The notes beneath the pieces were generated by a model, which saw nothing but the letters and a program-made list of their open reading frames with translations, had not been told where the DNA came from and made no database searches. Both the position numbers and the translations under genes were made by a program. From IMG/VR virus record IMGVR_UViG_3300020220_000032, positions 1 to 64,000 of that record: a stretch of 64,000 bases of DNA. One strand, 5' to 3'. Shown here piece after piece: positions 39,344-48,636 of the stretch. The stretch is from an uncultured virus (IMG/VR IMGVR_UViG_3300020220_000032). Lineage: Duplodnaviria; Heunggongvirae; Uroviricota; Caudoviricetes. Each line of letters begins with the position of its first letter. The first letter of the stretch is position 1.

Positions 39344-40474
39344 TTATCCTATGTAAATTGATAAAGGAGTTCCATTCAAACTAGCTGCAAGTGCTTCAGT
39401 TTCTAATCTTTTTGCTTCTAATAATTTACTTCTGGTCATTGTATCTAACATAGTTCTTAATTGTTCTACCAATGCCTGTTTTTCTGCAGTTGCTGCAGAA
39501 AGTAAATCGGCAGCATTAAGAGTTGTTTCACCATTTGGTATTGGTATACTTCCATATTTACCGCGAATATATCCAAGCATTTCTTTTGCTAATGCCAAAC
39601 CAAAACTGTATATCCATGTTTTTCCCGGAGAATTTATTTGTGAATAAACCATATAATCATAAGGTGCATTTGACATATCAGAAACCTGTCCACCCGGATA
39701 TTTTAATGGATTACTTCTTTCTTCTTTTACAATATACTCAATCCACAATTTGAAATTTTTTGTTGGTACTGGAAATATACGAAGTTCATTTTTTATTATT
39801 TCAAATGTAAAGGCAGATTTACGCATTAAATCATTGAACTCTATTGCTTGAATACGAAGCAAATCTGCATACATTGGCATCAACATAAATGATACACCAG
39901 TAGAATAAGCACCGAACCCAAATGTGTCAAGCATTGCTTGATTTCCCAAATAAGGATCGTAAAATCTCATTGAAGCCGGTGGGGAATAGTGATGTACTTT
40001 TTTTATTTCTATTGAACCGGTTGGAACTTTTACATCACGTATTAGTGTATCTAAATCATATCGTTGTTTTCCAACAGTAATATCAATAGATGAAGAATAA
40101 AATTTAACATTACCGTTAGTAAAAGTTTCACTACCATATTCGGTTGCAAGTTGAACAAGTGGACCCATTCCAGTTGAAATGTTGCGTTGTGTTAAATTTG
40201 ATCCAGTAGATGCACCTATTATACTCAAAAGATTTTGTTGTATGTTGAATTGATTTATGTGATATGAATACTCATAAACTGCTTCTTCAAAACAAGTATA
40301 AAAATTTACATCTTGCAATTCAACATCAACAAGTGGATAACCCAATCTTTTAGCACACCAATCCGCAAAAGGATCTGCTTCTGCTTGAAAATCAGCATCG
40401 TTATCAAATGTTCCAAACGGTGTGCTACCAGTTGTAAAACTTGAACTACCAGGCCAAATAGGAATATCTGTCAT
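39344..40474 (-). CDS. Putative neck / head-tail adaptor (gp13-like)
   Basis: RLGYPLVDVEL, LALAKEMLGYIRGKY, IPNGETTLNA; gene order. Confidence 0.7.
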   Translation of the reverse strand: MTDIPIWPGSSSFTTGSTPFGTFDNDADFQAEADPFADWCAKRLGYPLVDVELQDVNFYTCFEEAVYEYSYHINQFNIQQNLLSIIGASTGSNLTQRNISTGMGPLVQLATEYGSETFTNGNVKFYSSSIDITVGKQRYDLDTLIRDVKVPTGSIEIKKVHHYSPPASMRFYDPYLGNQAMLDTFGFGAYSTGVSFMLMPMYADLLRIQAIEFNDLMRKSAFTFEIIKNELRIFPVPTKNFKLWIEYIVKEERSNPLKYPGGQVSDMSNAPYDYMVYSQINSPGKTWIYSFGLALAKEMLGYIRGKYGSIPIPNGETTLNAADLLSAATAEKQALVEQLRTMLDTMTRSKLLEAKRLETEALAASLNGTPLSIYIG

Positions 40475-41224
40475 TTACTTCTCGGTTTTTGTTTCTTCAA
40501 AATACTTCAATATATCATCAACAATAGGATGACGGTGGTTTGTTTTTAACTCATAAACCCCCAATCCATTTATCTTGTCTTTCATATTAAATAAATATGG
40601 AAGACCAGAATCTTTTTTCTGTTTTAAGTCAATTTGTGATATATCTCCAGTTAAAATCATTTTTGAATTTATACCAAGACGAGACAATATCATTTCCATT
40701 TGTGGTTTGGTTACATTTTGTGATTCATCAACTATCACACAAGAATTTACAAATGTTCTACCACGAAGAAAAGAGATAGGAGCAATTTCTATCTTATCTT
40801 CAGCCATTAACTTTTCAATTTTTTCTTTATGGTATAACATATTCATATTTGCTTGAATAGGAGATACCCAAGGATCCATTTTTTCTTTTATATTACCAGG
40901 AAGAAATCCTAAATCTTCATTCGATACCGTTGGTCTTGTAATTATTATTCTTTCAACTTCACGATAGAAAAAACATTCAAGGGCAATTTGTGTTGCAAGT
41001 AATGTTTTACCAGAGCCAGCTTTACCAACAAATACTGAAATTGTATCACGAAGAGCATCAGCTTTTATCCTCTTTTGTTCGTCATTAAGAGTAAGTTGGA
41101 ACTGTATTTTATTCTTAATAGTTTTTCTTCCTTTTTTTATACCAGTTGTATTAAGACTTGATACTTCTTCTTCACTCAACAAATGTTCATTGTTATTCGT
41201 TTCTTCGTTATATTCAGAACACAT
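40475..41224 (-). CDS. phoH: PhoH-family ATPase
   Basis: GKAGSGKT, ITRP, LGFLPG, FLRGRTF, DESQN, GDISQID, HRHPIV. Confidence 0.95.
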   Translation of the reverse strand: MCSEYNEETNNNEHLLSEEEVSSLNTTGIKKGRKTIKNKIQFQLTLNDEQKRIKADALRDTISVFVGKAGSGKTLLATQIALECFFYREVERIIITRPTVSNEDLGFLPGNIKEKMDPWVSPIQANMNMLYHKEKIEKLMAEDKIEIAPISFLRGRTFVNSCVIVDESQNVTKPQMEMILSRLGINSKMILTGDISQIDLKQKKDSGLPYLFNMKDKINGLGVYELKTNHRHPIVDDILKYFEETKTEK

Positions 41225-41232
41225 AATGGCTC

Positions 41233-41832
41233 CTATAATAATTTAGAAAGGGTATCTCCCATTGATTTTACGTCAGCTTCAATTTCGGATAATATGTTAT
41301 CCAATTTCTCAACTTTATGGGTCCATTCAAAACCTACAATAGCGATAAATTCCGATCCTTTTCGTATCGGATAAACCACTGCTGATTTAGACCCTCTCTG
41401 TGAAAAAAATGCTTTTGTAATTAAGTCCTCTATATTATCTACAACAGGATATACCGCCTTATGATTTACTACATCTTCAACGAAGTTTGAGTAAAGAGAC
41501 ATCGGTAAGTTCTGATATTGCTTAAACTCTGTGCTAACCCCTTCATCGAGTGATTCAAATGAGGTTGAGAGTTTGGTCATGGATTTGCCTGTCTTGTATT
41601 TACCACCGTTATGTCTTTGAAGTATAAATGCACGCTGACATTTATATTCTTCTAACAGTTGATCTAATATGGTTTGGATAAGTTTGGAATGAGAAATCTC
41701 TCGGTCAATTCTTTTTTGTTTGTATTCACCATATTTGTATTTGAGAAACCAAGAAAGAAACACACCAAGTAGTGTGGCAATACTTGATACCGCCAAAGAA
41801 ATGATGTCTATGTATTGAATTTGAGTTTCCAT
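41233..41832 (-). CDS. Single-TM plus GAF-like domain protein (T4 T-holin architecture)
   Basis: N-terminal TM then RAFILQRHNG...SAVVYPI...IAIVGFEW GAF-like pattern. Confidence 0.55.
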   Translation of the reverse strand: METQIQYIDIISLAVSSIATLLGVFLSWFLKYKYGEYKQKRIDREISHSKLIQTILDQLLEEYKCQRAFILQRHNGGKYKTGKSMTKLSTSFESLDEGVSTEFKQYQNLPMSLYSNFVEDVVNHKAVYPVVDNIEDLITKAFFSQRGSKSAVVYPIRKGSEFIAIVGFEWTHKVEKLDNILSEIEADVKSMGDTLSKLL

Positions 41833-41861
41833 TTGTAATAAATAGCAAAGTGAAAATAAAA

Positions 41862-41883
41862 AAGGGTGACAAATGTCACCCTT
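41862..41883 (-). terminator. Intrinsic terminator
   Basis: AAGGGTGACA/TGTCACCCTT stem plus A-tract. Confidence 0.75.
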
Positions 41884-41905
41884 ATTAAAATTTATTTTTG
41901 TATAA

Positions 41906-43204
41906 TTACTTCTTAATATAAAGTAAATTACCTTCTTTTATTTTGAATTTACCAGTTGATTTATATGATTCTGTTTTTACTTTTTCTACACTATCTACTA
42001 AATTTATACATATATTTGCTACTGTCCATGCTAATAATGCATAATGTATTGCCTTTATTATATCAACCCCAACACCAACTCCAGGAAATAATATCTTTGC
42101 AACTAATTCTACTGTTATTTCTCCAGTTTTCTTTTTAACAAAAATTTCCATTATTTCACCAAATAGAGTTCCAAGTAGTTCAAATCCATAAACACCAGGA
42201 CCACCAACTGTTTTTGTTAAATTTGAAAAAGCTCCAAGTGCCTTTGGACCTACCCACTTTGCAACAACTTGTCCTAATTTAGCAAATGGCATAAAAACCC
42301 ATTGTATCAATTCTATGGCATAATGAACAACTTTTTTTAATGCTGGATTTTTTATAGCATCATCAAGATGTTCTACCGCATATCCTTCTTTTAGAGTATT
42401 TCTTCTCTGATTTCTTTTCAGTAATTCGGTTACAACTTTATTATTTGAAAGTAATTCATTTCTTTTACTGATAAAACTTTCTAATGCCGGTATAGCAGTC
42501 AAACCTTGTTCTGCCGCCTTTGAATCTATTTTAGGTTCTTGATCAACAGTTCCTTTTCCTGCTAATACATCTTTTTCCCAGAATGGTGCAACAACCCATT
42601 TTTGAAACCAACTTGTTTTCCACCAACCACATGTATCACTTAATTGTTTGAGTTCTTTAATAAAATCTGGATCAGCAATTAATTTTTTATCTTTAAGTTT
42701 GCCTACCATTTCTTTCCCAACATTTCCAACATTTGCGCCCATGTTACATAATTTTAACAAACCATTTTTTGCTGAATTGATTACTTCTTGGACAAGTTCC
42801 TTAAATTCTGCCCATATACTTTTTAATTTATTCCAACCACCTACTATTGCTTCTTTTGCCTTATCACCCAAACCTTTCAAACCATCCCATATATCCCCAA
42901 AAAATCCTTCTTTCAATCTCAATTCTATTTCCGATGAATTGGATATTATATTGACATTTTCATCTAATAATTTAACAGTAGTTTCTGTTAATGATTTTGT
43001 TTTTGTTTTTGAAAATAATACTTTTAATGCCTTTTGTTCATTTAATGTAAAAATATTGGATTTTAACAATGAAATTATCGCTTGTTCATCAAGTGATACT
43101 GCTCCACTATTTACAGTATTAAATCTAGATGTAATGTTTTGCTCGGACATTACTTCGTTTACAAGATGTTTCAATGAGTCTGATTTTTTAATTTTAGATT
43201 TCAT
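41906..43204 (-). CDS. Hypothetical helical protein with hydrophobic C-terminal segments and a head-protein-like leader (probable start MKSKIK)
   Basis: ORF track; LKHLVNE leader, several L-x-E sites, own upstream motif and terminator. Confidence 0.65.
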   Translation of the reverse strand: MKSKIKKSDSLKHLVNEVMSEQNITSRFNTVNSGAVSLDEQAIISLLKSNIFTLNEQKALKVLFSKTKTKSLTETTVKLLDENVNIISNSSEIELRLKEGFFGDIWDGLKGLGDKAKEAIVGGWNKLKSIWAEFKELVQEVINSAKNGLLKLCNMGANVGNVGKEMVGKLKDKKLIADPDFIKELKQLSDTCGWWKTSWFQKWVVAPFWEKDVLAGKGTVDQEPKIDSKAAEQGLTAIPALESFISKRNELLSNNKVVTELLKRNQRRNTLKEGYAVEHLDDAIKNPALKKVVHYAIELIQWVFMPFAKLGQVVAKWVGPKALGAFSNLTKTVGGPGVYGFELLGTLFGEIMEIFVKKKTGEITVELVAKILFPGVGVGVDIIKAIHYALLAWTVANICINLVDSVEKVKTESYKSTGKFKIKEGNLLYIKK

Positions 43205-43269
43205 GTAAATTAGTTCCAACTTTCTATAATAATAATCTCATACATAAAATAAATATCTAACAAAAATAA

Positions 43270-43297
43270 AAAACCCCATAAAAATGTATGGGGTTTT
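43270..43297 (-). terminator. Intrinsic terminator
   Basis: AAAACCCCATA/TATGGGGTTTT stem plus A-tract. Confidence 0.75.
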
Positions 43298-43318
43298 ATT
43301 TCTTAATATTAGCTTAAA

Positions 43319-44329
43319 TTATTTTTTCTTTAATTTACTATTCAGAATTTCAGCAACAATTGGTTTAAGTAATCGTGTTAATTTTTCTTGAAGTCTTTGT
43401 TTTTTAACTTTCTTAACATAAGATTCTTGTAATCTTTTTTTATTTTTAGTATTATATTCAACAAGTTTTTTAATAACAGATTCTCTTAATGGTTTTAATC
43501 CACGACGCATTTGATAATACGATTCCATTTTATCTTTTACATCTGGACTATATGGTGGCTTAATATCTATTTCACCAGCTGCAATTGCCTTTGCAACACC
43601 ATCAACTTCTTTACCGTTGATAACCGGCATTTCAATTCTTGCAGGAGCACCAGGCATAATTTCTTTTGGTAATTTATCTGCATTAGCCATAACAACTTTT
43701 TTACCGGCCTCGAAATCACCACCACCAAGAGTTTCCATTGCTTTAGTTACATCCTCTGGTTTTGTTTCATTCCCTTTATCATCTTTATATCCCTTTTCTT
43801 TCCATGTGTCTATTATTTTTGCAAATACAGGACCTTTGAAATCAGCTATATTTCCTTTACCAGCATTACCACCACGACCAAATTGGCCTACTGTTACAAC
43901 ATTTAGTGCACTAACAAGTGCTTTACCTGGAAGTTCTATTTGAGTTGCAGTAATACTTGCACCGGGATCCGCAAGAAATGTTGCTGCCCAACGGTGGTGT
44001 CCATCCATAATATAATTATCTGCTGAAATTATGGATTCCAAATCTCCTCCAGGACCTCCACTAAAAATTCCAACTTTATTTATCATTCCTATTGCCATAC
44101 CAAGTGCCTTCTCTGGAATAATTTCTGTTTGTGCTGCTTTCAATGCACTAGCAGCAATAGAAACTTTTTTACCAGCAGCAACATCGTCTTTTGGATCACC
44201 GTCTTTTGTTCCGGCACCAATAGCAGCTTTTGCAGCATCTTTTGGAACTTTACTTAAACCTAGAACATCGGTAGTTCCAAGTATTTCATCGTCTTCAAAC
44301 AGTCTTCTCTTTTTGTTAGTCTGTTTCAT
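43319..44329 (-). CDS. ParB/Sulfiredoxin-fold protein (homologue of 13950-14792)
   Basis: LKAAQTE, IMDGHHRW, GAPARIEMP (compare GAPKRDVMP in the homologue). Confidence 0.65.
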   Translation of the reverse strand: MKQTNKKRRLFEDDEILGTTDVLGLSKVPKDAAKAAIGAGTKDGDPKDDVAAGKKVSIAASALKAAQTEIIPEKALGMAIGMINKVGIFSGGPGGDLESIISADNYIMDGHHRWAATFLADPGASITATQIELPGKALVSALNVVTVGQFGRGGNAGKGNIADFKGPVFAKIIDTWKEKGYKDDKGNETKPEDVTKAMETLGGGDFEAGKKVVMANADKLPKEIMPGAPARIEMPVINGKEVDGVAKAIAAGEIDIKPPYSPDVKDKMESYYQMRRGLKPLRESVIKKLVEYNTKNKKRLQESYVKKVKKQRLQEKLTRLLKPIVAEILNSKLKKK

Positions 44330-44429
44330 ATCAATTTCCCATTATTACTAAAAATTACATATTTGTAAAAAAAGTGATCCGTTTGAACACTCACAAATAA
44401 ATATAAATTAAAATAAAAAAAAAAACAAA

Positions 44430-44457
44430 AAAGGAGTGAGATTTTTCTCACTCCTTT
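44430..44457 (-). terminator. Strong intrinsic terminator after the major capsid gene
   Basis: Perfect 12-bp stem AAAGGAGTGAGA/TCTCACTCCTTT plus a long A-tract. Confidence 0.85.
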
Positions 44458-44479
44458 ATTTTTATTAACCCAATACGGT

Positions 44480-46117
44480 TTAGATGTCACCGAGAGAATC
44501 GATTTGTATAAGACCATAGAACTCTGGACGAACAATCTTCTTCGCATAACGAGTCATCACGCCTTTTCTTGGTGTGAAGTTCGTTGGATCATATACCAAC
44601 GGTGTCATTACAAGTGGAATGTATGGAGCATACACAGCACCAGTTTCGAGGAATTGTGTTCCACGGAAACCTACAAGAACTTGATTTTCAAGCATGTAAG
44701 GATTCTTGTAAACTGTGATACGGCCATTCAATTGACCAACTTTTTGAACACCCATTGCGAATTTCATACCTTCACCATCAACTGCATAGCCAGGCATTGA
44801 TTCAAGTATTGTAGCAACTTGTGGAGAACATACGAGGAAGTTTGCACCACCACGAAGTGTTTTCTGATGAATTACGTTTGATACTTTTTGAATCTTTGTG
44901 CCAAGTGTTTGGAACCATGTTTGTTGATTGTAAGCGGATGCCTGTGCCTGAGCAGATGAATAGTCACCAAATGCACTTGTAGAAGCATCATATGTGCGAC
45001 CAATACGAGCTGACCATCTTTCTGTTGTTTGTGCATTCTTAATCAACATATCAAGAATTTCCAAATCAATTTCTTGTGAAATGTATTCAGACAACATAGA
45101 TGTCAATTCAGCTTCAGCATCAATTGAGTGATAAGCATTCAAATCTTGTGCAAATTCAGGTGTCCATACTGCCTTCAACTTACGTGTTTTAGCAACGATG
45201 GACTCTGAACGCAATTCAAGATTGATTTCTGGTATACCCAAATCTGAACCAGCTGAACCTTCTTCAAAGTCATTACGTGTTGTGGAAGTTGGTTGTTTCT
45301 CATAAGCAATACCTACTGTTGCAGGAGCAGCAGAAGCAGAAACAACGAAAGTAATGGTTGAACCATTGTTTGCAGTTGTTGTGTATTGTGGGAAATAACC
45401 AAGAATTGTTGAGCCAGATACTTTGAAAGCACGAACTGCCTCAAGATCAGGTGTTGTGAAAGATGCAGATTGAACTGTGATAGTCATAATATGACCAGCT
45501 GCGAGTGATGCAGAGTAAGCATCTTTAAATTCTGTGTCATGTTGGAACAATGATGGTGTTGAGTGTGATACAGATCCGGTTGTAAATTCTGTTGAAGACA
45601 ATGCAGCAGCTTTTGTAGATGTTATTTGTGCCTCATTGATTGAATAACCGAAACGACCTGCACCATAAAGACCGCCTGAAGGATCAGCATCTTTTGCATC
45701 TTTACCTGTTACACCAAATACTGAATCAGCTTGTGAATCTTTACCGGATCCAGCAGTGAAACCAGGTTGTGCTGTTCCATATTTGAAGTCCAAGAAGAAC
45801 ACAAGACCAGAAGGCAAGTTCATTGGTTGAACAGAAACAAAATCTTTCGCAGCAATTTCAGAGAAAATACGGCGAACCAATGGAAGTGCAACACCTGCCC
45901 ATTCTTCTGAACCAGCTGCTGTACCTGTTCTGCTTGATTCGTCGATAAGTTGTTTTGCTTGATTTTCGAGAAGAACTGCAATAGAGTTCTTTTCATATTC
46001 GTTTTTCAAATTATCAAGAAGACCAGTTTTTGCCCATTTATTGACAATTTGCTTGTTTTCTTTGATAAGTTGCTTGTGGGGATTCCCAGAAGTATTTAAT
46101 AAATTTTGTATACTCAT
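44480..46117 (-). CDS. Major capsid protein (gp23-like)
   Basis: LLENQ, PLVRR, VQPMNLPSGLVF, AKTRKLKAVWTPEFAQDL, YAPYIPL, KGVMTRY. Confidence 0.97.
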   Translation of the reverse strand: MSIQNLLNTSGNPHKQLIKENKQIVNKWAKTGLLDNLKNEYEKNSIAVLLENQAKQLIDESSRTGTAAGSEEWAGVALPLVRRIFSEIAAKDFVSVQPMNLPSGLVFFLDFKYGTAQPGFTAGSGKDSQADSVFGVTGKDAKDADPSGGLYGAGRFGYSINEAQITSTKAAALSSTEFTTGSVSHSTPSLFQHDTEFKDAYSASLAAGHIMTITVQSASFTTPDLEAVRAFKVSGSTILGYFPQYTTTANNGSTITFVVSASAAPATVGIAYEKQPTSTTRNDFEEGSAGSDLGIPEINLELRSESIVAKTRKLKAVWTPEFAQDLNAYHSIDAEAELTSMLSEYISQEIDLEILDMLIKNAQTTERWSARIGRTYDASTSAFGDYSSAQAQASAYNQQTWFQTLGTKIQKVSNVIHQKTLRGGANFLVCSPQVATILESMPGYAVDGEGMKFAMGVQKVGQLNGRITVYKNPYMLENQVLVGFRGTQFLETGAVYAPYIPLVMTPLVYDPTNFTPRKGVMTRYAKKIVRPEFYGLIQIDSLGDI

Positions 46118-46135
46118 TGTTTTTTCCTTAAAAAA

Positions 46136-47209
46136 TTATTTCAAACCTGCTAATTTACGTAAACGATTTGCCATATCATCACCTTCATTCAAGATTGGTT
46201 TTGATGGGCGGGTACTTGCGGTTGGTTTTGACGCGAAAGATTCTTTAATTTGTTTAATCTTTGTTGTTCTCAACGATTCGCAAAGTGTAGCATAGACCAA
46301 TTTAACTTCACGAAGACTTGATGCACGATCAAAGTTTTCGATAACAGTCATTTTTTGTTTTTCATTGAGTGAATGCTTGCGGAATAACTTGTTAGAGAAG
46401 AGCAATTTTGAGTTCAAAAGATTGACTTCATTGATTTTAGAACGCAAGAAAGAAATTACAGCATAAGCTTCACGAAGTTTTGCTTCTGCCACTTCCTTTT
46501 CCTTTTCTTCTTCAGCTTCTTCAACTTTTTCTTCGTCTTCTTCTTCACGAAGAGCACGGAGAACTTCTTTGATGTCTACTTCTTCTTCATCTTCACCTTC
46601 TTCAACTTTTTCTTCTGCCTTTTCACCTTCTTCTTCTTCACGAAGAGCACGGAGAATTTCTTTGATTTCAGCAACTTCTTCGGAATCTTCATCTTCTTCT
46701 TCAACAAGTTGAACAAGTTTTTCACCCTTATCTTCTGTGCTGTCATCAGATGCAACTGCGGAAGGTTTCTTGTTGTCACCGCCACCGATTTCGGATGAAT
46801 CAATGTCTTCTTCTAATTGACGAATAATCTCCATCAATTCTTCATCCATTGGTTCTTCTTCATCTTCACCTTCTTCAACTTTTTCTTCTTCTTCACCTTC
46901 AGCTTCTTCAACCTTTTCTTCTTCTTCTTCGGCTTCTTCAACCTTTTCTTCTTCGCCTTCACCTTCTTCCATAGCAGGTTCTTCATCATCACCTTCGCTA
47001 TAAAATCCGTATTCTTCTACGGGTGCTTCTTCTTCACCCTCACCTTCCTCAACTGGCTCTTCGGCTTCTGCCTCCTCTGCCAACTTTTTGGAAAGCATAG
47101 ACTGCAAACGCGGAGTGAATGCTTCTTCCAATGCCAATTTAGCGTTTGCTAATGCTACTTCCTTAACGGCTTTTGCATCTGCAATAGCTTCTTTCAATAA
47201 ATCATTCAT
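46136..47209 (-). CDS. Prohead core/scaffold protein (gp22-like; start MNDLLKE at 47209)
   Basis: Very acidic VEE/AEE repeats, ends RLRKLAGLK, directly upstream of the capsid gene; GGAG RBS. Confidence 0.8.
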   Translation of the reverse strand: MNDLLKEAIADAKAVKEVALANAKLALEEAFTPRLQSMLSKKLAEEAEAEEPVEEGEGEEEAPVEEYGFYSEGDDEEPAMEEGEGEEEKVEEAEEEEEKVEEAEGEEEEKVEEGEDEEEPMDEELMEIIRQLEEDIDSSEIGGGDNKKPSAVASDDSTEDKGEKLVQLVEEEDEDSEEVAEIKEILRALREEEEGEKAEEKVEEGEDEEEVDIKEVLRALREEEDEEKVEEAEEEKEKEVAEAKLREAYAVISFLRSKINEVNLLNSKLLFSNKLFRKHSLNEKQKMTVIENFDRASSLREVKLVYATLCESLRTTKIKQIKESFASKPTASTRPSKPILNEGDDMANRLRKLAGLK

Positions 47210-47317
47210 AAAAATCTCCAACTATTTTTAGTGTTATTTGAAACACTAATTGCAATAAAAAATAATATCGGACTCTATAACGAATAGAGTATTATGTAAG
47301 TATAAGTATAAGGAAAG

Positions 47318-47446
47318 TTATTTTTTTTCTATTTTTTCGATAGGTTTTTTTGTAGGATCATACTGAAAGATTGATTTTGCATCATTTTCTGTATAGATGT
47401 ATCTCTTATTTCGGTCTTTTGTATCTATTTTCTTTTCATCGGCCAT
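47318..47446 (-). CDS. Unannotated 42-aa micro-ORF MADEKKIDTKDRNKRYIYTENDAKSIFQYDPTKKPIEKIEKK
   Basis: ATG at 47446 with GGAG RBS, overlaps the ART stop, TAA at 47318-47320. Confidence 0.6.
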   Translation of the reverse strand: MADEKKIDTKDRNKRYIYTENDAKSIFQYDPTKKPIEKIEKK

Positions 47447-48626
47447 AGTTTTGCTCCACTAATATCTTGTAAATATTTCTGGTATCGTTAAATCCTTGTA
47501 TAGTATATCTACAATTTCTTGGAAGTGTTACCTCTGTTTCGTGACAATAATCATTTGAGTGACATGGTAATGTTAGTATAGACGTTCCAGCAGGAATTAA
47601 AAATTCAAATAATGGCAATCTCTTTTTTCCAGTTCCTTCTGTAATTAAAGGGTTTAATGATGTTGTTACAAACGATTTATCTACCCATTGTCCTGCATCA
47701 ATAAACATTTGTAATACTTTTTCATTTTCTACGGAACGATATGAAACTATATTATATTCTAATTTTTGTAATTGTTCGTCAAATGCATAGTTCATTTCAC
47801 GAATAGTAAATGCATTCATTGCACTTTTATATTGTTTTTCCCTTTTATCGCCTTCTTTTGGTTTACCTAACTTTAATTGTTTTTGTATTTCAGGTTTTGT
47901 TAAACTTGGTTTAGCAAATCTCAATATGTTAATTATTCTTTCAGTATTCAAATAATAATAACCCAATGCCATTAGAGTTTCTTTATCTATTGATTTTGGT
48001 GTTATTAAAGAATACTTTGATACTGCAATCATTTCTGCTCGTTTGTATAACTTTTTAAAATTTACCCCATCTTCATCAAATCTTAAATCATACATATCAA
48101 TTATATCTTCATAATCATATTCCAACAGTTGTTCACGTGTTTTTGGATATAGATTGTCTGTTTTGGTATCTAATTTTTCTGCATCAACTTTATTCAAAAA
48201 ACCAACAGTTTTTAATCCAGTTTTTTCTTCATTTGGTTCTTTTGGTTTTTGTTCTGGTTTTTTTTCTGCTTTATCACCCGCATCACCTTTTGGTTTTTCT
48301 TCATCAGAAGTTGCAGAATCTTCTTTTTTTGAATCATCGGTTTTAATTTCTTCTTCAGAATCAGTTGATGTTTCTTCTGAAGAAGTTTCTTCTTCTTCTT
48401 CTTTTGTAGTTTCTTTTGGAGCAGATTTTTGATGTTTTGTTGGATCAAAACTTTTTTTACTTATGTAATACGACTTTCCACTTTCTTTATTAACAACAAG
48501 CATTTTTTTAGGATCTTCGCTTGCAGGTTTTTCGTCTTCTTCTGATAACGAAAAAGACCTTTCCAGGTTTTCAATAACTTTCCGTGTTTCGTCACGGATT
48601 AGTTTTTCAATACTAGCAAAGGTCAT
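47436..48626 (-). CDS. ADP-ribosyltransferase (R-S-E clade, VIP2/Alt-like)
   Basis: SYRSV, SFVTTSLNP, IPAGT, HETEVTLPRN (ExE). Confidence 0.85.
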   Translation of the reverse strand: MTFASIEKLIRDETRKVIENLERSFSLSEEDEKPASEDPKKMLVVNKESGKSYYISKKSFDPTKHQKSAPKETTKEEEEETSSEETSTDSEEEIKTDDSKKEDSATSDEEKPKGDAGDKAEKKPEQKPKEPNEEKTGLKTVGFLNKVDAEKLDTKTDNLYPKTREQLLEYDYEDIIDMYDLRFDEDGVNFKKLYKRAEMIAVSKYSLITPKSIDKETLMALGYYYLNTERIINILRFAKPSLTKPEIQKQLKLGKPKEGDKREKQYKSAMNAFTIREMNYAFDEQLQKLEYNIVSYRSVENEKVLQMFIDAGQWVDKSFVTTSLNPLITEGTGKKRLPLFEFLIPAGTSILTLPCHSNDYCHETEVTLPRNCRYTIQGFNDTRNIYKILVEQNYGR

Positions 48627-48636
48627 TTTATCTCCA

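Noticed and set aside
40475..41224. PhoH, Hsp20, NrdJ and dUTPase as novel auxiliary genes
   Set aside because: These are common in large aquatic phages, and nothing unusual was seen in their sequences.
44326..44547. 73-aa minus-strand ORF after the capsid gene
   Set aside because: It spans the capsid 3' end, a strong terminator and A-tracts, and has no RBS.
46136..47209. GAA-rich repeats as a non-coding repeat element
   Set aside because: Explained by the Glu-rich scaffold coding sequence.
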